Source: Callorhinchus milii
Taxonomy: Eukaryota
Reading direction: 5' to 3'
DNA length: 64,000 nucleotides
Assembly: GCF_018977255.1 (NCBI RefSeq)
Contig: NW_024704743.1
Location: forward strand, 44,146,001-44,210,000
The notes beneath the pieces were generated by a model. That model was not told the DNA's origin. It did no database searches and saw only the letters and a program-made list of their open reading frames with translations. The position numbers and the translations under genes were made by a program. Each line of letters starts with the position of its first letter. Positions within the stretch are counted from its first letter, which is position 1. Of this stretch, positions 63,651-64,000 are shown one piece after another.

Positions 63651-64000
63651 TTCGAAATATCTACCACGACCTAGCACAGGGATTTCTAAGATCTTGATTC
63701 TACGCATAAATTTAAATATAATAATATCGATCTTTGCATTTGATATAGAAACCTTTCACTTTGGAAGGACACCTCAGAGCACTTCACAGGATATAGTGTA
63801 GTTTAGTAATGGTGTATTTGTAGGCAAACCTAGCAGCCAATTTGTGCACAGGAATTTCCCACAAGCAGCCATGAAGTGGATCACCAATTTATCTGGGGGA
63901 TGGTGGGCAAGGACCCTGGTATAAAATCTCCTGTCTTCTCAAATGGTGGCCCAGATCTTTAACATCTAACTGAGACTTAGTTTAACATCTCATTCAAAGG

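Overview
Repeat-rich, AT-rich vertebrate genomic DNA. The L2, CR1 and Penelope elements, DeuSINEs and a tRNA-Ala-headed SINE point to a cartilaginous fish, probably a holocephalan such as Callorhinchus milii; this is an inference from the repeat repertoire, not proven. The only host gene I can support is the 5' part of UBE2E2 on the + strand. Its first two coding exons are at 39267-39442 and 45835-45885, and the next intron runs off the end of the window. Nearly all ORFs in the supplied track are transposon fragments, antisense shadows or microsatellite artefacts. The most notable items are: (i) Penelope-like elements carrying minimal hammerhead ribozyme motifs, one copy with an inverted pseudo-LTR; (ii) two inverted solo LTRs of one young family (TGTTAGAA...TTCTAACA, 4-bp TSDs, internal 39-bp VNTR) that bracket the UBE2E2 5' region; (iii) fossils of a DIRS1 tyrosine-recombinase element and an R4/Dong-type element that are absent from, or only partly shown in, the ORF track; (iv) a scrambled, probably mis-assembled or inversion-heterozygous block at about 30.9-38.7 kb around the N gap; (v) repeated tail-into-tail insertions of L2 and SINE copies. 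I see no convincing wholly new biological system. Boundaries of old repeats are approximate, and identities are judged by eye.
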